A DNA stretch of 64,000 nt from an uncultured Eubacteriales bacterium (GTDB lineage Bacteria > Bacillota > Clostridia > Oscillospirales > QAMX01). Location: contig CAUGMN010000004.1 of NCBI GenBank assembly GCA_959600635.1, positions 990-64,989 on the forward strand. The letters run 5' to 3'. Positions 9,198-18,109 of this stretch are shown here, piece by piece (the first letter of the stretch is position 1; each line of letters begins with the position of its first letter). Below the pieces are notes generated by a model. It was given only the letters and a program-made list of their open reading frames with translations, was not told the DNA's origin and made no database searches. Made by a program: the position numbers and the translations under genes.

Positions 9198-9303
9198 GAG
9201 AAACCGCTCCGGCGCAAAAAAGCGCAGGCGGAAAAGGCCGGTTCACCGTTTGCCGGAAGCGGAGCGCGCGGGGCAGACAGCGTATAGAAGGATAAAGACA
9301 ACT

Positions 9304-9345
9304 TGCAGCCTGTCGATTCGAAAGGAATTCGCAGGCTGCATTTTT
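9304..9345 (+). terminator. Rho-independent terminator after the oxidoreductase gene
   Basis: TGCAGCCTG ... CAGGCTGCA stem followed by TTTTT. Confidence 0.65.
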
Positions 9346-9411
9346 CAAAAAAACTTCTGAAACGCCTATCCGTTTCGTTTTTTTCCACACTTTATAGGCG
9401 TCATCATGATG

Positions 9412-9529
9412 ATTCGTTTTTTAGTCGATTGTAAAACTGCGTTTTCCAATCGAGAGACTCGCGCTGATCGCACTCGCTGCGCTCGTTTGGTCGGCGCGAG
9501 GGCTCGCTTTCCCATTCAAATTCGTTTTT
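9412..9529 (+). repeat. Structured intergenic repeat, copy A (short form), in the 5' leader of the sigma gene
   Basis: About 90 nt (AGTCGATTGTAAAA...GGCGCGAGGGCTCGCTTT) is near-identical to the reverse complement of 33190..33299. It ends in CGTTTTT directly before the GAAAAGGAGG RBS. Confidence 0.85.
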
Positions 9530-9546
9530 GAAAAGGAGGAAGGGAG

Positions 9547-11133
9547 ATGAAAATGGAGGAAAGAGAAATCGTAAAATTCATCGAACCGATTTTCTGCTTT
9601 TGCCTGAAACGTGTCGGCAACCGTGCGGATGCCGAGGACCTTGCGGGTGAAATTATGCTTCATATTCTGGACGGCGCACGAAGGTATGAAATTCAGTCTT
9701 TTGAAGCGTGGGTATGGCGCATCGCGCATAACCGTTACGCCCGTTTTTGCAAAGCGGAAAAAAACAAAGGGGAAGTCCTTGTCGGTGAATGGGTACTGGA
9801 CTCTGAAAATGACGGTAGATTCGCCGACGAGGACATGGTTGCGGATGAATACGACCGCGTCTTTCGATACCTCCATACCCTGTCCTCTGATTACAGAAAC
9901 ATTATGGTAGACTACTACATATACGAGCTTCCTGTAAAAAAGCTCGCAGAAAAGTACGCTCTGCCGGAAAACACAATCAAATGGCGGCTGCATGTCAGCC
10001 GTCAGAAAATTCGGGACAGAATAGGAGAGAATCAAATGGATAAGATTTATAAGCGGATCAATTGGGAGACCTCAACGTGTAACGGCTCTATGGACAGCAG
10101 CAGATACCTTTCCAATCAGGTCGCGCGGGCGATCTGCGAGTCGGCGTATGAAAAGCCGCTGACCGTTGAAGAAATCAGCCTCAAAACAGGTCTCCCTTCT
10201 ATGTACATTGAGGATGCGCTTCCAAAACTGATATATGGAGACGCCATTGAACAGGTTGGCAACAGATACGCGGCCAATTTTATCATTCTCCGCCTGAAAG
10301 ATCGAGAAAAGCTTGAAAAAAACATCCGTCCTCTCGTAAAGGATATCGCCGACTACTTTGAGAAGCGCTTCCGTGACTGTGCCGGCGCAGTCGGCGCGAT
10401 GGAGTTCTACGGCCACGACTACGGAATGGAAAGGCTCGGATACATCGCTCTGCCGCTTTCCCTGAGAGGAAAGGTCCGGGACATCAAAAACAGCCGGCCC
10501 GACTGGAAGAACGGGCCGTATCCGCCGCGCAAAGACGGCGGATACGGGTGGTTTATCGTCGAGGAAACGAACGACGAAAACGATCAGGCCGACGAATATT
10601 CATCCGGATGCAATATCGCCGACGGAGCGGTCGGCGTGATCTATTACTATCACACCAGAAAATATTTTGACCCAAACGTCTATCACAACGGCGGTACAAG
10701 GTGGCTTTCGCAGCGCAAAATTCCACAGCAATGCCGGGACGGGATGATCCCCGCCGGTCTGCTGCCCGAAGAGGAACTTGCCCGTCTCTTACAAAATAAC
10801 CTGATTGTAAAGTTTGAAAACGGATATATGCTGAATTTTGCGTGTTTCACACGGGAGCAGTTTGACGGCTTTGCGAAGACATTTTGTATGAAAGACGAGG
10901 CACTGGATCAAAAAACAACCGATCTGATTCTGCATATCAGGGAAAGCTTTATAGACTTTGTGCCGAAACGGCTCGACAGTCAGATCAATCAATGGGTATC
11001 CTGTTATGTTCATGCGATGACCGGCTATGTCACGGAAGAGCTGATTGCCAGAGGCGTTCTGGAAAAGCCGGACGGGGAAAAGCCGCTCACTAACGGGGTT
11101 TTCTATGTGGAAGGCCGCGCCGTGGCCGTGTGA
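9547..11133 (+). CDS. Sigma-70-family (ECF-like) sigma factor with a ~350-aa C-terminal extension of unknown function
   Basis: Region 2 (DAEDLAGEIMLHIL...WVWRIAHNRYARF) and region 4 HTH (LPVKKLAEKYALPENTIKWRLHVSRQKIR) lie in the first ~170 aa. The remaining ~350 aa have no motif I recognise. Strong RBS AAAGGAGGAAGGGAG. Confidence 0.7.
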   Translation: MKMEEREIVKFIEPIFCFCLKRVGNRADAEDLAGEIMLHILDGARRYEIQSFEAWVWRIAHNRYARFCKAEKNKGEVLVGEWVLDSENDGRFADEDMVADEYDRVFRYLHTLSSDYRNIMVDYYIYELPVKKLAEKYALPENTIKWRLHVSRQKIRDRIGENQMDKIYKRINWETSTCNGSMDSSRYLSNQVARAICESAYEKPLTVEEISLKTGLPSMYIEDALPKLIYGDAIEQVGNRYAANFIILRLKDREKLEKNIRPLVKDIADYFEKRFRDCAGAVGAMEFYGHDYGMERLGYIALPLSLRGKVRDIKNSRPDWKNGPYPPRKDGGYGWFIVEETNDENDQADEYSSGCNIADGAVGVIYYYHTRKYFDPNVYHNGGTRWLSQRKIPQQCRDGMIPAGLLPEEELARLLQNNLIVKFENGYMLNFACFTREQFDGFAKTFCMKDEALDQKTTDLILHIRESFIDFVPKRLDSQINQWVSCYVHAMTGYVTEELIARGVLEKPDGEKPLTNGVFYVEGRAVAV

Positions 11134-11380
11134 GAAACGGCCGCGCCGTCGTTTGTGTGCAAGAAGATTATCCCAAGGGAAAGACGAAAAAACGTTATCC
11201 AAACGCTGCGAGTCTTTGCGCATAAAGCGTAAAGAGAAAAGGCTGTCCGTGCGGTTATGAAATCAGACAGAGCAAGGCTCCGATTGAAAACGGGGCCTTG
11301 CTCTGTCTGGCTCTAACCCCCTGAGCCTCACCGCGACCGGCGGCCGGCCGGAAAAATGATCATAGAAAAACAGAAATATA

Positions 11381-11413
11381 CAAAAAGTCGGAACAAAGCT
11401 TCCTTTGTTCCGA
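11381..11413 (-). terminator. Terminator downstream of tRNA-Trp
   Basis: TCGGAACAAAG cttc CTTTGTTCCGA hairpin, followed on the minus strand by CTTTTTG. Confidence 0.7.
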
Positions 11414-11415
11414 CT

Positions 11416-11491
11416 TGGCAGGGGCAGAAGGGATCGAACCCTCGGCCTACGGTTTTGGAGACCGCCGCTCTACCAGCTGAGCTATACCCCT
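11416..11491 (-). tRNA. tRNA-Trp: tRNA-Trp (anticodon CCA), 3' CCA encoded
   Basis: The reverse complement reads AGGGGTATAGCTCAGCTGGTAGAGCGGCGGTCTCCAAAACCGTAGGCCGAGGGTTCGATCCCTTCTGCCCCTGCCA. It has a 7-bp acceptor stem, D and T arms (GGTTCGATCC) and anticodon loop CTCCAAA. Confidence 0.93.
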
Positions 11492-11584
11492 GTATTGTGC
11501 GGCAAAAACAAATCCTTGCATATTATACACATTCTTTGGCCGGATGTCAAGGCCTTATATGGAAAATTTTTTCTCGGAAAAATC

Positions 11585-11613
11585 TTGTAAATTTAGGGCC
11601 TTTATGTTATAAT
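11585..11613 (+). promoter_or_regulatory. Promoter candidate for the decarboxylase cluster
   Basis: TTGTAA, 17 nt, TATAAT, with a TG at the extended -10 position. Confidence 0.6.
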
Positions 11614-11717
11614 CATTTTTGAATGCAGAGTTGCGAAAGCGCTGTCTGCGTGGATGTTTTTTTGGTTACCGAGTAGATTAAATCGGGTTGAAAAATCCGA
11701 AGGAGGTATACATCATT

Positions 11718-13145
11718 ATGGATACAGTCGGGAAAAGAAATGATTTTCTCGAAAAACGGCAGGCGATCGCGGCCGCAGGCGCGAAAGCGCGCAGGCGGAT
11801 CGAACAGCTTCTGGACGCCGGCAGCTTTATGGAGATCGGTGCGTTTGTGAAGCAGCGGCCGACCGAATTCGGCGCGGTTGACGCGGCGGCTGAGGGCGTC
11901 GTCACGGGATGGGGAACGATCGAAGGCACGCCCGTATGCGTTTTTTCACAGGATTCCGAGGCGCTCGGCGGCGCGGTTTCCGAGATGCACGCCAAAAAAA
12001 TCACGGTTCTTTACGAGTACGCGCTGAAAACCGGCATTCCCGTGATCGGATTCTTTGATTCGAAGGGCGCTCGGATCGCCGAGGGCGTCGACGCGCTCGA
12101 CGGCTATGCAAAGCTGATCGCGTCCGCGGCGGCGGCCTCCTCCCTCGTCCCGCAGATCGCGGTGATCTCGGGCATCTGCGGCGGCGCGGCCGCTCTGGTC
12201 GCCGAGAGCTTCGACTTTGTCGTCGCCGTCAAGGGCGGCGAGCTGTTTATGCATTCTCCGGCCGTCGTTGCGGCGGTTTCGGAAGAGAAAAACCTCTCCG
12301 CCGGCGCCGAGGAGAACGCGAAATACGGAAACGTTTCCTTCTGCGCCGAAGATGACGCCGCGGCCGCGGCGCTGGTGCGCTCGCTCGTCTCCATGCTGCC
12401 GGCCAACAGCGCCGGCGACCGGAACTATGCGGCGTCCAGCGACGACATCAACCGGCCGGCGGACATCGCGGCGATGGGCGACGGCGCGCCGAGAGCGGTA
12501 CTCGCCCAGATCGCCGACAACGGCTTTTATCTGGAAGCCGGCGCTCAGTGCGCGCCGGAAATTACGACCGCGTTCGCGCGCTTTGACGGCGAGACCGTCG
12601 GCGTCGTCGGCGCCGAGGGAGTTGTGTCGATGGCGGGCATCGGCAAAGCCGCGGCGTTCGTCTCGTTCTGCGATACGTTCGGCATCTCGCTGCTGACCAT
12701 CGTCAACGCCGCCGGCTTTGAAATGACGCCGTGCTTCGAGCGCTTCGGCGGTATGTCGAAGGCCGCTTCTCTGGCGGCGGCCTACGCGACGGCCGACACC
12801 GCAATGATCACGCTTGTGACCGGTAAGGCGACGGGCTCGGCCTACGTCGCGTTCGGCGCGCGCGGCCTCGGCTGCGACATGGCATTTGCCTGGCCGCAGG
12901 CGGAAATTTCCGCGATCGCCGCGCCCGCCGCCGTGGACATGCTCTGCCTTGACGAGATCAAAAAAGCGGCCGATCCGATCCAAAAGCGTGCCGCGCTGGA
13001 AGCGGAGTTTGCGGAGAAAACCGCTGCGCCCTACGAGGCCGCCAAACGCGGCTATGTCGACGAGATCGTCGATCCGGCCGAAACCAGACAGGCGATTGTT
13101 TACGCTCTGGGTCTCCTGTCCACCAAAAACGGCTCGGCTCGGTAA
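11718..13145 (+). CDS. Acyl-CoA carboxyltransferase (12S / MmdA / PccB-like), divergent
   Basis: Family pattern GVVTGWGTIEGTPVCVFSQD...GGAVSEMHAKKI...IGFFDSKGARIAEGVDAL. Start at ATG 11718 after GAAGGAGG. Several normally conserved motifs are altered (GFFDSKGAR for GLNDSGGAR; GICGGAAAL for GPCAGGAVY). Confidence 0.7.
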   Translation: MDTVGKRNDFLEKRQAIAAAGAKARRRIEQLLDAGSFMEIGAFVKQRPTEFGAVDAAAEGVVTGWGTIEGTPVCVFSQDSEALGGAVSEMHAKKITVLYEYALKTGIPVIGFFDSKGARIAEGVDALDGYAKLIASAAAASSLVPQIAVISGICGGAAALVAESFDFVVAVKGGELFMHSPAVVAAVSEEKNLSAGAEENAKYGNVSFCAEDDAAAAALVRSLVSMLPANSAGDRNYAASSDDINRPADIAAMGDGAPRAVLAQIADNGFYLEAGAQCAPEITTAFARFDGETVGVVGAEGVVSMAGIGKAAAFVSFCDTFGISLLTIVNAAGFEMTPCFERFGGMSKAASLAAAYATADTAMITLVTGKATGSAYVAFGARGLGCDMAFAWPQAEISAIAAPAAVDMLCLDEIKKAADPIQKRAALEAEFAEKTAAPYEAAKRGYVDEIVDPAETRQAIVYALGLLSTKNGSAR

Positions 13146-13270
13146 GGTATAGAAAATCGGCGTCATGCCCGTGAGACGGGTATGGACCAGAAAGGCATGG
13201 TTTCAGTATGTTGAGATTTATTTCAGCGGCCGCGGCCGTCACGGAAGCGGAGCTGACGCTCGGAGAGAAA

Positions 13271-13597
13271 ATGAGCGAAGGCGTGATGACGCTGATCATC
13301 GGCATGGGGACGGTTTTCGTCGTGCTGATCGTTCTCTGGCTGATGGTCGCGCTGATGGGCCGTGTGATTACGGCGATGAGCGGTAAAAAAGCGGCGGCTA
13401 TTCCCGCGCCGAAAGCGGTAGCCCCGGAACCTGTCCGGGAAGAGCCGCCGGTTGTCGAAGCCGCCGGAGAGACCGTTTCTCCCGAACTGATCGCCGTTTT
13501 GTCCGCGGCGATTGCAGAATTTGAAGGCCCGGAGGCGCCGCGGCTCGTGATCCGTTCCGTCCGGCGGACGACACAGTGGAACGGCGGTCGCCGGTAA
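13271..13597 (+). CDS. OadG/MmdD-like small membrane subunit of a Na+-translocating decarboxylase
   Basis: Single N-terminal TM (MTLIIGMGTVFVVLIVLWLMVALMG) followed by an Ala/Pro-rich tail. Its position between the carboxyltransferase and the biotin carrier also fits. Confidence 0.6.
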   Translation: MSEGVMTLIIGMGTVFVVLIVLWLMVALMGRVITAMSGKKAAAIPAPKAVAPEPVREEPPVVEAAGETVSPELIAVLSAAIAEFEGPEAPRLVIRSVRRTTQWNGGRR

Positions 13598-13660
13598 CTC
13601 AGCCGGCATAAGAGGATTATTATCAATACAATCAATAAAATAAGGAAAGGAACCTATACC

Positions 13661-14074
13661 ATGAAAACCTATAAGATTACCGTGAATGGCGTTTCATATG
13701 ATGTGACCGTTGAGGAGACCGGCGCTGCGGCCTCCGCCCCCGCCGCTCCTGTGGCCGCCCCCGTCCCCGTGGCCGCTCCGGTTCCCGCTGCGGCCCCTGC
13801 TCCCGCCGCCGCTCCTGCTCCCGCTCCTGCGGCCAAGCCCGCTGCGGCGCCTGCCGCCGGAGGCACGGCGGTTTCCTCGCCGATGCCGGGAACGATTTTG
13901 AAGGTCAACGTCGCGGTTGGCGCGGAGGTCAAGAAGGGCGACGTGCTGCTGATCCTCGAAGCGATGAAAATGGAAAACGAAATCATGGCGCCGTGCGACG
14001 GCAAGGTGCTGTCCGTGTCCGCGAAGAGCGGCGATTCCGTCAACGCCGGAGACGCGCTCGTTTCCATCGGCTAA
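13661..14074 (+). CDS. Biotin carboxyl carrier protein (biotinyl domain with Ala/Pro linker)
   Basis: C-terminal biotinylation motif EAMKMENEI. Long AP-rich linker. 137 aa. Confidence 0.85.
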   Translation: MKTYKITVNGVSYDVTVEETGAAASAPAAPVAAPVPVAAPVPAAAPAPAAAPAPAPAAKPAAAPAAGGTAVSSPMPGTILKVNVAVGAEVKKGDVLLILEAMKMENEIMAPCDGKVLSVSAKSGDSVNAGDALVSIG

Positions 14075-14213
14075 CAGAAAATCCGCCCTGCGTTTCGCAG
14101 AATAAGCGTACCTGCGCTCCTCCGGTGACGGAGCTTCCATATGCTTAGGGCTATCTGCGAAGCGGGGAACCTATGAAAATAATGGTCACCGGAGAAAATA
14201 GGTGAAGTGCAAC

Positions 14214-15386
14214 ATGGACACGATTTTGGAATTCCTGAAAACAACCGGCGTCTATTTAATGCAGGACTGGCGCACTTTGGTCATGTACCTCATCGTCGCC
14301 GTGCTGTTCTACTTAGCGATCGTCAGAAAGTTTGAGCCGCTGCTGCTGCTGCCGATTGCGTTCGGTATGCTGCTGGCGAATCTGCCGGGCGCAGAGCTGA
14401 TGCATACCGACTGGTTCATCGAGATCGAGGGCAAGTATCCGAACTTCGGCCGGATCCTGCGCGACGGCGGCCTGCTTGACATTCTCTACCTCGGCGTTAA
14501 GCTCGGCGTTTATCCGCCGCTGATCTTCTTAGGCGTCGGTGCGATGACCGACTTCGGCCCCCTGATCGCAAACCCCAAGAGCCTGCTTCTGGGCGCGGCC
14601 GCCCAGCTCGGTATCTTTACCGCCTTTTTCGGCGCGCTGCTGCTCGGCTTCAATATGGCTGAGGCGGCGGCCATCGGCATCATCGGCGGCGCCGACGGCC
14701 CGACGGCCATCTTCGTCACCAAAACGCTCGCGCCGCATCTGCTCGGTGCGATTGCCGTTGCGGCATACTCTTACATGGCGCTCGTCCCGATTATTCAGCC
14801 CCCGATCATGAAGGCGCTGACGACGAAAAAAGAGCGTTCCATCGTCATGGGACAGCTCCGCACCGTTTCCAAGACGGAAAAGATCATTTTCCCGATCTTC
14901 GTTACGCTGATTGTCAGCCTGATTTTGCCGAGCGCGGCTGCGCTCGTGGGCGCGCTGATGCTGGGTAACCTCATGCGCGAGAGCGGCGTTGTCGAGCGTC
15001 TGTCGAAAACGGTTCAGAACGAGCTGATGAACATCATCACGGTGCTGCTCGGCCTGACGGTCGGCGCAACGGCAAACGCGGAGACATTCCTGAGCTTCGG
15101 CACGATTAAGATCATCATCCTCGGCCTGTTCGCCTTTGCCTGCGGCACGGCCGGCGGCGTTCTGTTCGGCAAGCTGATGTGCTTGTTCACCAAGGGTAAG
15201 GTCAATCCGCTGATCGGTTCGGCGGGCGTTTCGGCGGTTCCGATGGCTGCGCGCGTTTCGCAGGTGGTCGGACAGAAGGAGAACCCGTCCAACTTCCTGC
15301 TCATGCACGCCATGGGTCCCAATGTCGCGGGCGTTATCGGCTCGGCGGTCGCTGCGGGCGTGTTCCTGTCGATGTTCGCGGGCTGA
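14214..15386 (+). CDS. Na+-translocating decarboxylase beta subunit (OadB/MmdB/GcdB family)
   Basis: Polytopic membrane protein with family-typical segments ([58 protein letters not shown]). Confidence 0.85.
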   Translation: MDTILEFLKTTGVYLMQDWRTLVMYLIVAVLFYLAIVRKFEPLLLLPIAFGMLLANLPGAELMHTDWFIEIEGKYPNFGRILRDGGLLDILYLGVKLGVYPPLIFLGVGAMTDFGPLIANPKSLLLGAAAQLGIFTAFFGALLLGFNMAEAAAIGIIGGADGPTAIFVTKTLAPHLLGAIAVAAYSYMALVPIIQPPIMKALTTKKERSIVMGQLRTVSKTEKIIFPIFVTLIVSLILPSAAALVGALMLGNLMRESGVVERLSKTVQNELMNIITVLLGLTVGATANAETFLSFGTIKIIILGLFAFACGTAGGVLFGKLMCLFTKGKVNPLIGSAGVSAVPMAARVSQVVGQKENPSNFLLMHAMGPNVAGVIGSAVAAGVFLSMFAG

Positions 15387-15410
15387 TGATTTGAAAGGAG
15401 AATTACGATT

Positions 15411-16805
15411 ATGGGTTTTGGAATTACTGAAACTGTGCTGCGCGACGCGCACCAGTCATTGATTGCAACGCGTATGACCACGGAAGAAATCCTTCCGGCG
15501 GTCGAACTGCTCGACGATGTCGGCTATCATTCCCTCGAATGCTGGGGCGGCGCGACGTTTGACGCCTGCCTTCGCTTTTTAAACGAGGATCCGTGGGATC
15601 GGCTGCGCAAGATCCGCGACAAGGCGAAAAAGACGAAGCTGCAAATGCTGTTCCGGGGACAGAACATCCTCGGCTACCGGCACTACGCCGACGACGTGGT
15701 CCGCTATTTCGTTCAGAAATCGATCGGAAACGGCATCGACATCATCCGTATCTTCGACGCGCTGAACGACCCGCGCAATTTGAAAACCGCGATTGACGCG
15801 ACCATTCAGGAAAAGGGCCATGTGCAGGCCTGTATCAGCTATACCATCAGCCCGGTGCACTCCATCGAGGCGTTTGCGAAGCTCGCCAAACAGCTCGAAG
15901 AGATGGGCGCCAACTCTATCTGCATCAAAGATATGGCCGGCCTGCTGCTGCCCTACACGGGCGCGGAACTGATCGCCGCTTTGAAACAGACGGTGAAAAT
16001 CCCCATCCAGCTCCATATGCACTATACGGCGGGCACAGCCTCAATGGCGTATCTCAAAGCGATCGAGGCGGGCGTGGACGTGGTCGACTGCGCGATCTCG
16101 CCGATGGCGCTCGGCACCTCGCAGCCCGCGACCGAGCCGATCGTCAAGACCTTCCAGGGGACGCAGTATGACTGCGGCCTTGACATGGAAAAGCTCAACA
16201 AGGTCAAGGATTATTTCCTGCCGCTCCGCCAGAAATATCTGGCCAGCGGCCAGATGGACGTCAAGAGCCTCGGCGTCGACGTCAACACGCTTCTGTATCA
16301 GGTGCCGGGCGGCATGCTCTCCAACCTGATCTCCCAGCTCAAACAGGCCGGGAAGGACGACAAGTTCTACGAGGTGCTCGCAGAGGTTCCGCGCGTGCGC
16401 GAAGACGCCGGCTATCCGCCGCTCGTTACGCCGACCTCGCAGATCGTCGGCACGCAGGCGGTTATGAACGTCATCTGCGGCGAGCGCTACAAGCAGGTCA
16501 CCAAGGAGTTCCGCGGTCTGGTGCGCGGCGAATACGGCAAGACGCCGGCTCCGATCTCGCCGGAATTCCGCAAGAAGATCATCGGCGATGAAAAGGCGAT
16601 TACGCACCGTCCCGCCGACAGCATCAAAAACGAGCTCGAACGTTTCCGCGGCGAAATCAAGGACCTCATGGTCCAGGACGAGGACGTGCTTTCCTACGCG
16701 CTGTTCGACAAGGTCGCGCTCAAATACTTTGAGCACCGCAAGGCGCAGCTCTACAAGCTTGACGCCGATCGCTCCGACATGGACGCAAAGGTGACGACGG
16801 TCTAA
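15411..16805 (+). CDS. Oxaloacetate decarboxylase alpha / pyruvate carboxylase subunit B-type carboxyltransferase (5S type), no biotinyl domain
   Basis: N-terminus ITETVLRDAHQSLIATRM, then CWGGATFDACLRFLNEDPWDRL and KDMAGLL. The protein stops at 464 aa without an AMKM motif. Confidence 0.85.
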   Translation: MGFGITETVLRDAHQSLIATRMTTEEILPAVELLDDVGYHSLECWGGATFDACLRFLNEDPWDRLRKIRDKAKKTKLQMLFRGQNILGYRHYADDVVRYFVQKSIGNGIDIIRIFDALNDPRNLKTAIDATIQEKGHVQACISYTISPVHSIEAFAKLAKQLEEMGANSICIKDMAGLLLPYTGAELIAALKQTVKIPIQLHMHYTAGTASMAYLKAIEAGVDVVDCAISPMALGTSQPATEPIVKTFQGTQYDCGLDMEKLNKVKDYFLPLRQKYLASGQMDVKSLGVDVNTLLYQVPGGMLSNLISQLKQAGKDDKFYEVLAEVPRVREDAGYPPLVTPTSQIVGTQAVMNVICGERYKQVTKEFRGLVRGEYGKTPAPISPEFRKKIIGDEKAITHRPADSIKNELERFRGEIKDLMVQDEDVLSYALFDKVALKYFEHRKAQLYKLDADRSDMDAKVTTV

Positions 16806-16837
16806 GTTCGCCGCCGGAGCGTATGCTGTAAAAAGCC

Positions 16838-16873
16838 TTCCCGTGCCGGATGTCTGCACATCCGGCACGGGAA
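16838..16873 (+). terminator. Hairpin terminator after the decarboxylase cluster
   Basis: TTCCCGTGCCGGATGT ctgc ACATCCGGCACGGGAA. The T-run is weak. Confidence 0.6.
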
Positions 16874-16927
16874 ATAGTAAACAAAACGAATCAGTGAAGT
16901 ACCTATGAGAAAACCTTGGGGAAAAGG

Positions 16928-17884
16928 ATGGTCGCAGAAATGTATATCGGTATTGATCTCGGTGGAACCAACATCGCGGCGGGGCTCGTGAATGAGAACT
17001 GCGAAATCATAGCGAAAAAGAGCATTCCCACGAAGGCGGAGCGGCCGGTCGGCGAGATCATTGCCGATATGGCGGTCCTGGCGCGCGAGCTGACCGTGGA
17101 AGCGGGGCTGAATGAGAGCGGCGTCGAGTGGGTCGGGATCGGCGCGCCGGGCACAGTGGATGCGAAAAACGGCGTGATCGTTTATGCCAACAACATCGGC
17201 TTCCGCGACACGCCCGTCGCGGAGATTTTCAAAACCTATTATAACGTTCCGGTCTTTCTCGGCAACGACGCGAACTGCGCGGCGCTCGGCGAGGCCTATG
17301 CCGGCGCGGCCAAGGGCTGCGACACGGCCGTGATGATCACACTGGGGACAGGGCTCGGCGGCGGCATTATCATCGACCGCAGAATCTATGCCGGCTTTAA
17401 CGGCGCGGGCGGCGAGCTCGGACATATGGTCATCGTCAAGGACGGCGTGCCGTGCAGCTGCGGCCGGCGCGGCTGCTGGGAGGCGTATTCTTCGGCGACG
17501 GCGCTGATCCGCATGACGGCGGAGGCGATGGAGCGGGATACGGAAAAGAAGAGCCTGCTCTGGGAGATGACCGGCGGCATCGACAAGGTCAGCGGCAAAT
17601 CGGCCTACCGCGCCGCCGACCAGGGCGACGCGGTCGCCAAAGAGGTCGTGAAAACGTATGAGGAATATCTGGCCTCGGGGATTGCGACGATTATCAATAT
17701 TTTCCAGCCGCAGGTCGTGTGTATCGGCGGCGGCGTCAGCCACGAAGGCGACAACCTGCTCGTTCCGCTGAAAAAGCTGGTGTTTTCCGAGGTCTATACG
17801 AGAAACGTGGCCCAGACCGAGCTGAAAATTGCCACGCTCGGCAACAACGCCGGCATCGTCGGCGCGGCCATGCTGGGAAAATAA
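16928..17884 (+). CDS. ROK-family glucokinase
   Basis: IGIDLGGTNIAAGLV ATP-binding motif and ROK zinc motif CSCGRRGCWEAYSS. The start could instead be ATG 16940. Confidence 0.85.
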   Translation: MVAEMYIGIDLGGTNIAAGLVNENCEIIAKKSIPTKAERPVGEIIADMAVLARELTVEAGLNESGVEWVGIGAPGTVDAKNGVIVYANNIGFRDTPVAEIFKTYYNVPVFLGNDANCAALGEAYAGAAKGCDTAVMITLGTGLGGGIIIDRRIYAGFNGAGGELGHMVIVKDGVPCSCGRRGCWEAYSSATALIRMTAEAMERDTEKKSLLWEMTGGIDKVSGKSAYRAADQGDAVAKEVVKTYEEYLASGIATIINIFQPQVVCIGGGVSHEGDNLLVPLKKLVFSEVYTRNVAQTELKIATLGNNAGIVGAAMLGK

Positions 17885-17934
17885 CCGCTCAGCAGGTTCA
17901 GCATAGCCAAGGTCATAAAAAATATCAAATTGTA

Positions 17935-17963
17935 TTGACAAAACCGGCGCAAAGAGATATAAT
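17935..17963 (+). promoter_or_regulatory. Consensus sigma-A promoter with no downstream protein gene
   Basis: TTGACA, exactly 17 nt, TATAAT. Confidence 0.7.
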
Positions 17964-17969
17964 AAAAAA

Positions 17970-18109
17970 GCAATTCATACTCTCCTGAATTTGGGGGAGA
18001 ATGAAATGTCTCTGTCTGTCAGACAGCTTGATTGCTTATCTCTTACACGTTTTATGGTGTGTTCAAATTATCTCCGGAAAAAGACCGCTCGTTTTCGAGC
18101 GGTCTTTTT
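17970..18109 (+). ncRNA. Candidate ~140-nt small RNA (promoter to intrinsic terminator)
   Basis: Bounded by the consensus promoter and the terminator GACCGCTCG tttt CGAGCGGTC plus TTTTT (18083..18109). It is AT-rich relative to its flanks. No reading frame closes before the terminator. Confidence 0.4.

Noticed and set aside
11264-11309. 15-bp inverted repeat CAGACAGAGCAAGGC...GCCTTGCTCTGTCTG between the sigma gene and tRNA-Trp
   Set aside because: The hairpin is genuine, but it has a 16-nt loop and no T-run on either strand. It is possibly a weak terminator and not distinctive enough to call.
13720-13860. Repetitive GC-rich DNA inside the biotin carrier gene
   Set aside because: It encodes the usual Ala/Pro-rich flexible linker of biotin carrier proteins and is not an independent repeat element.
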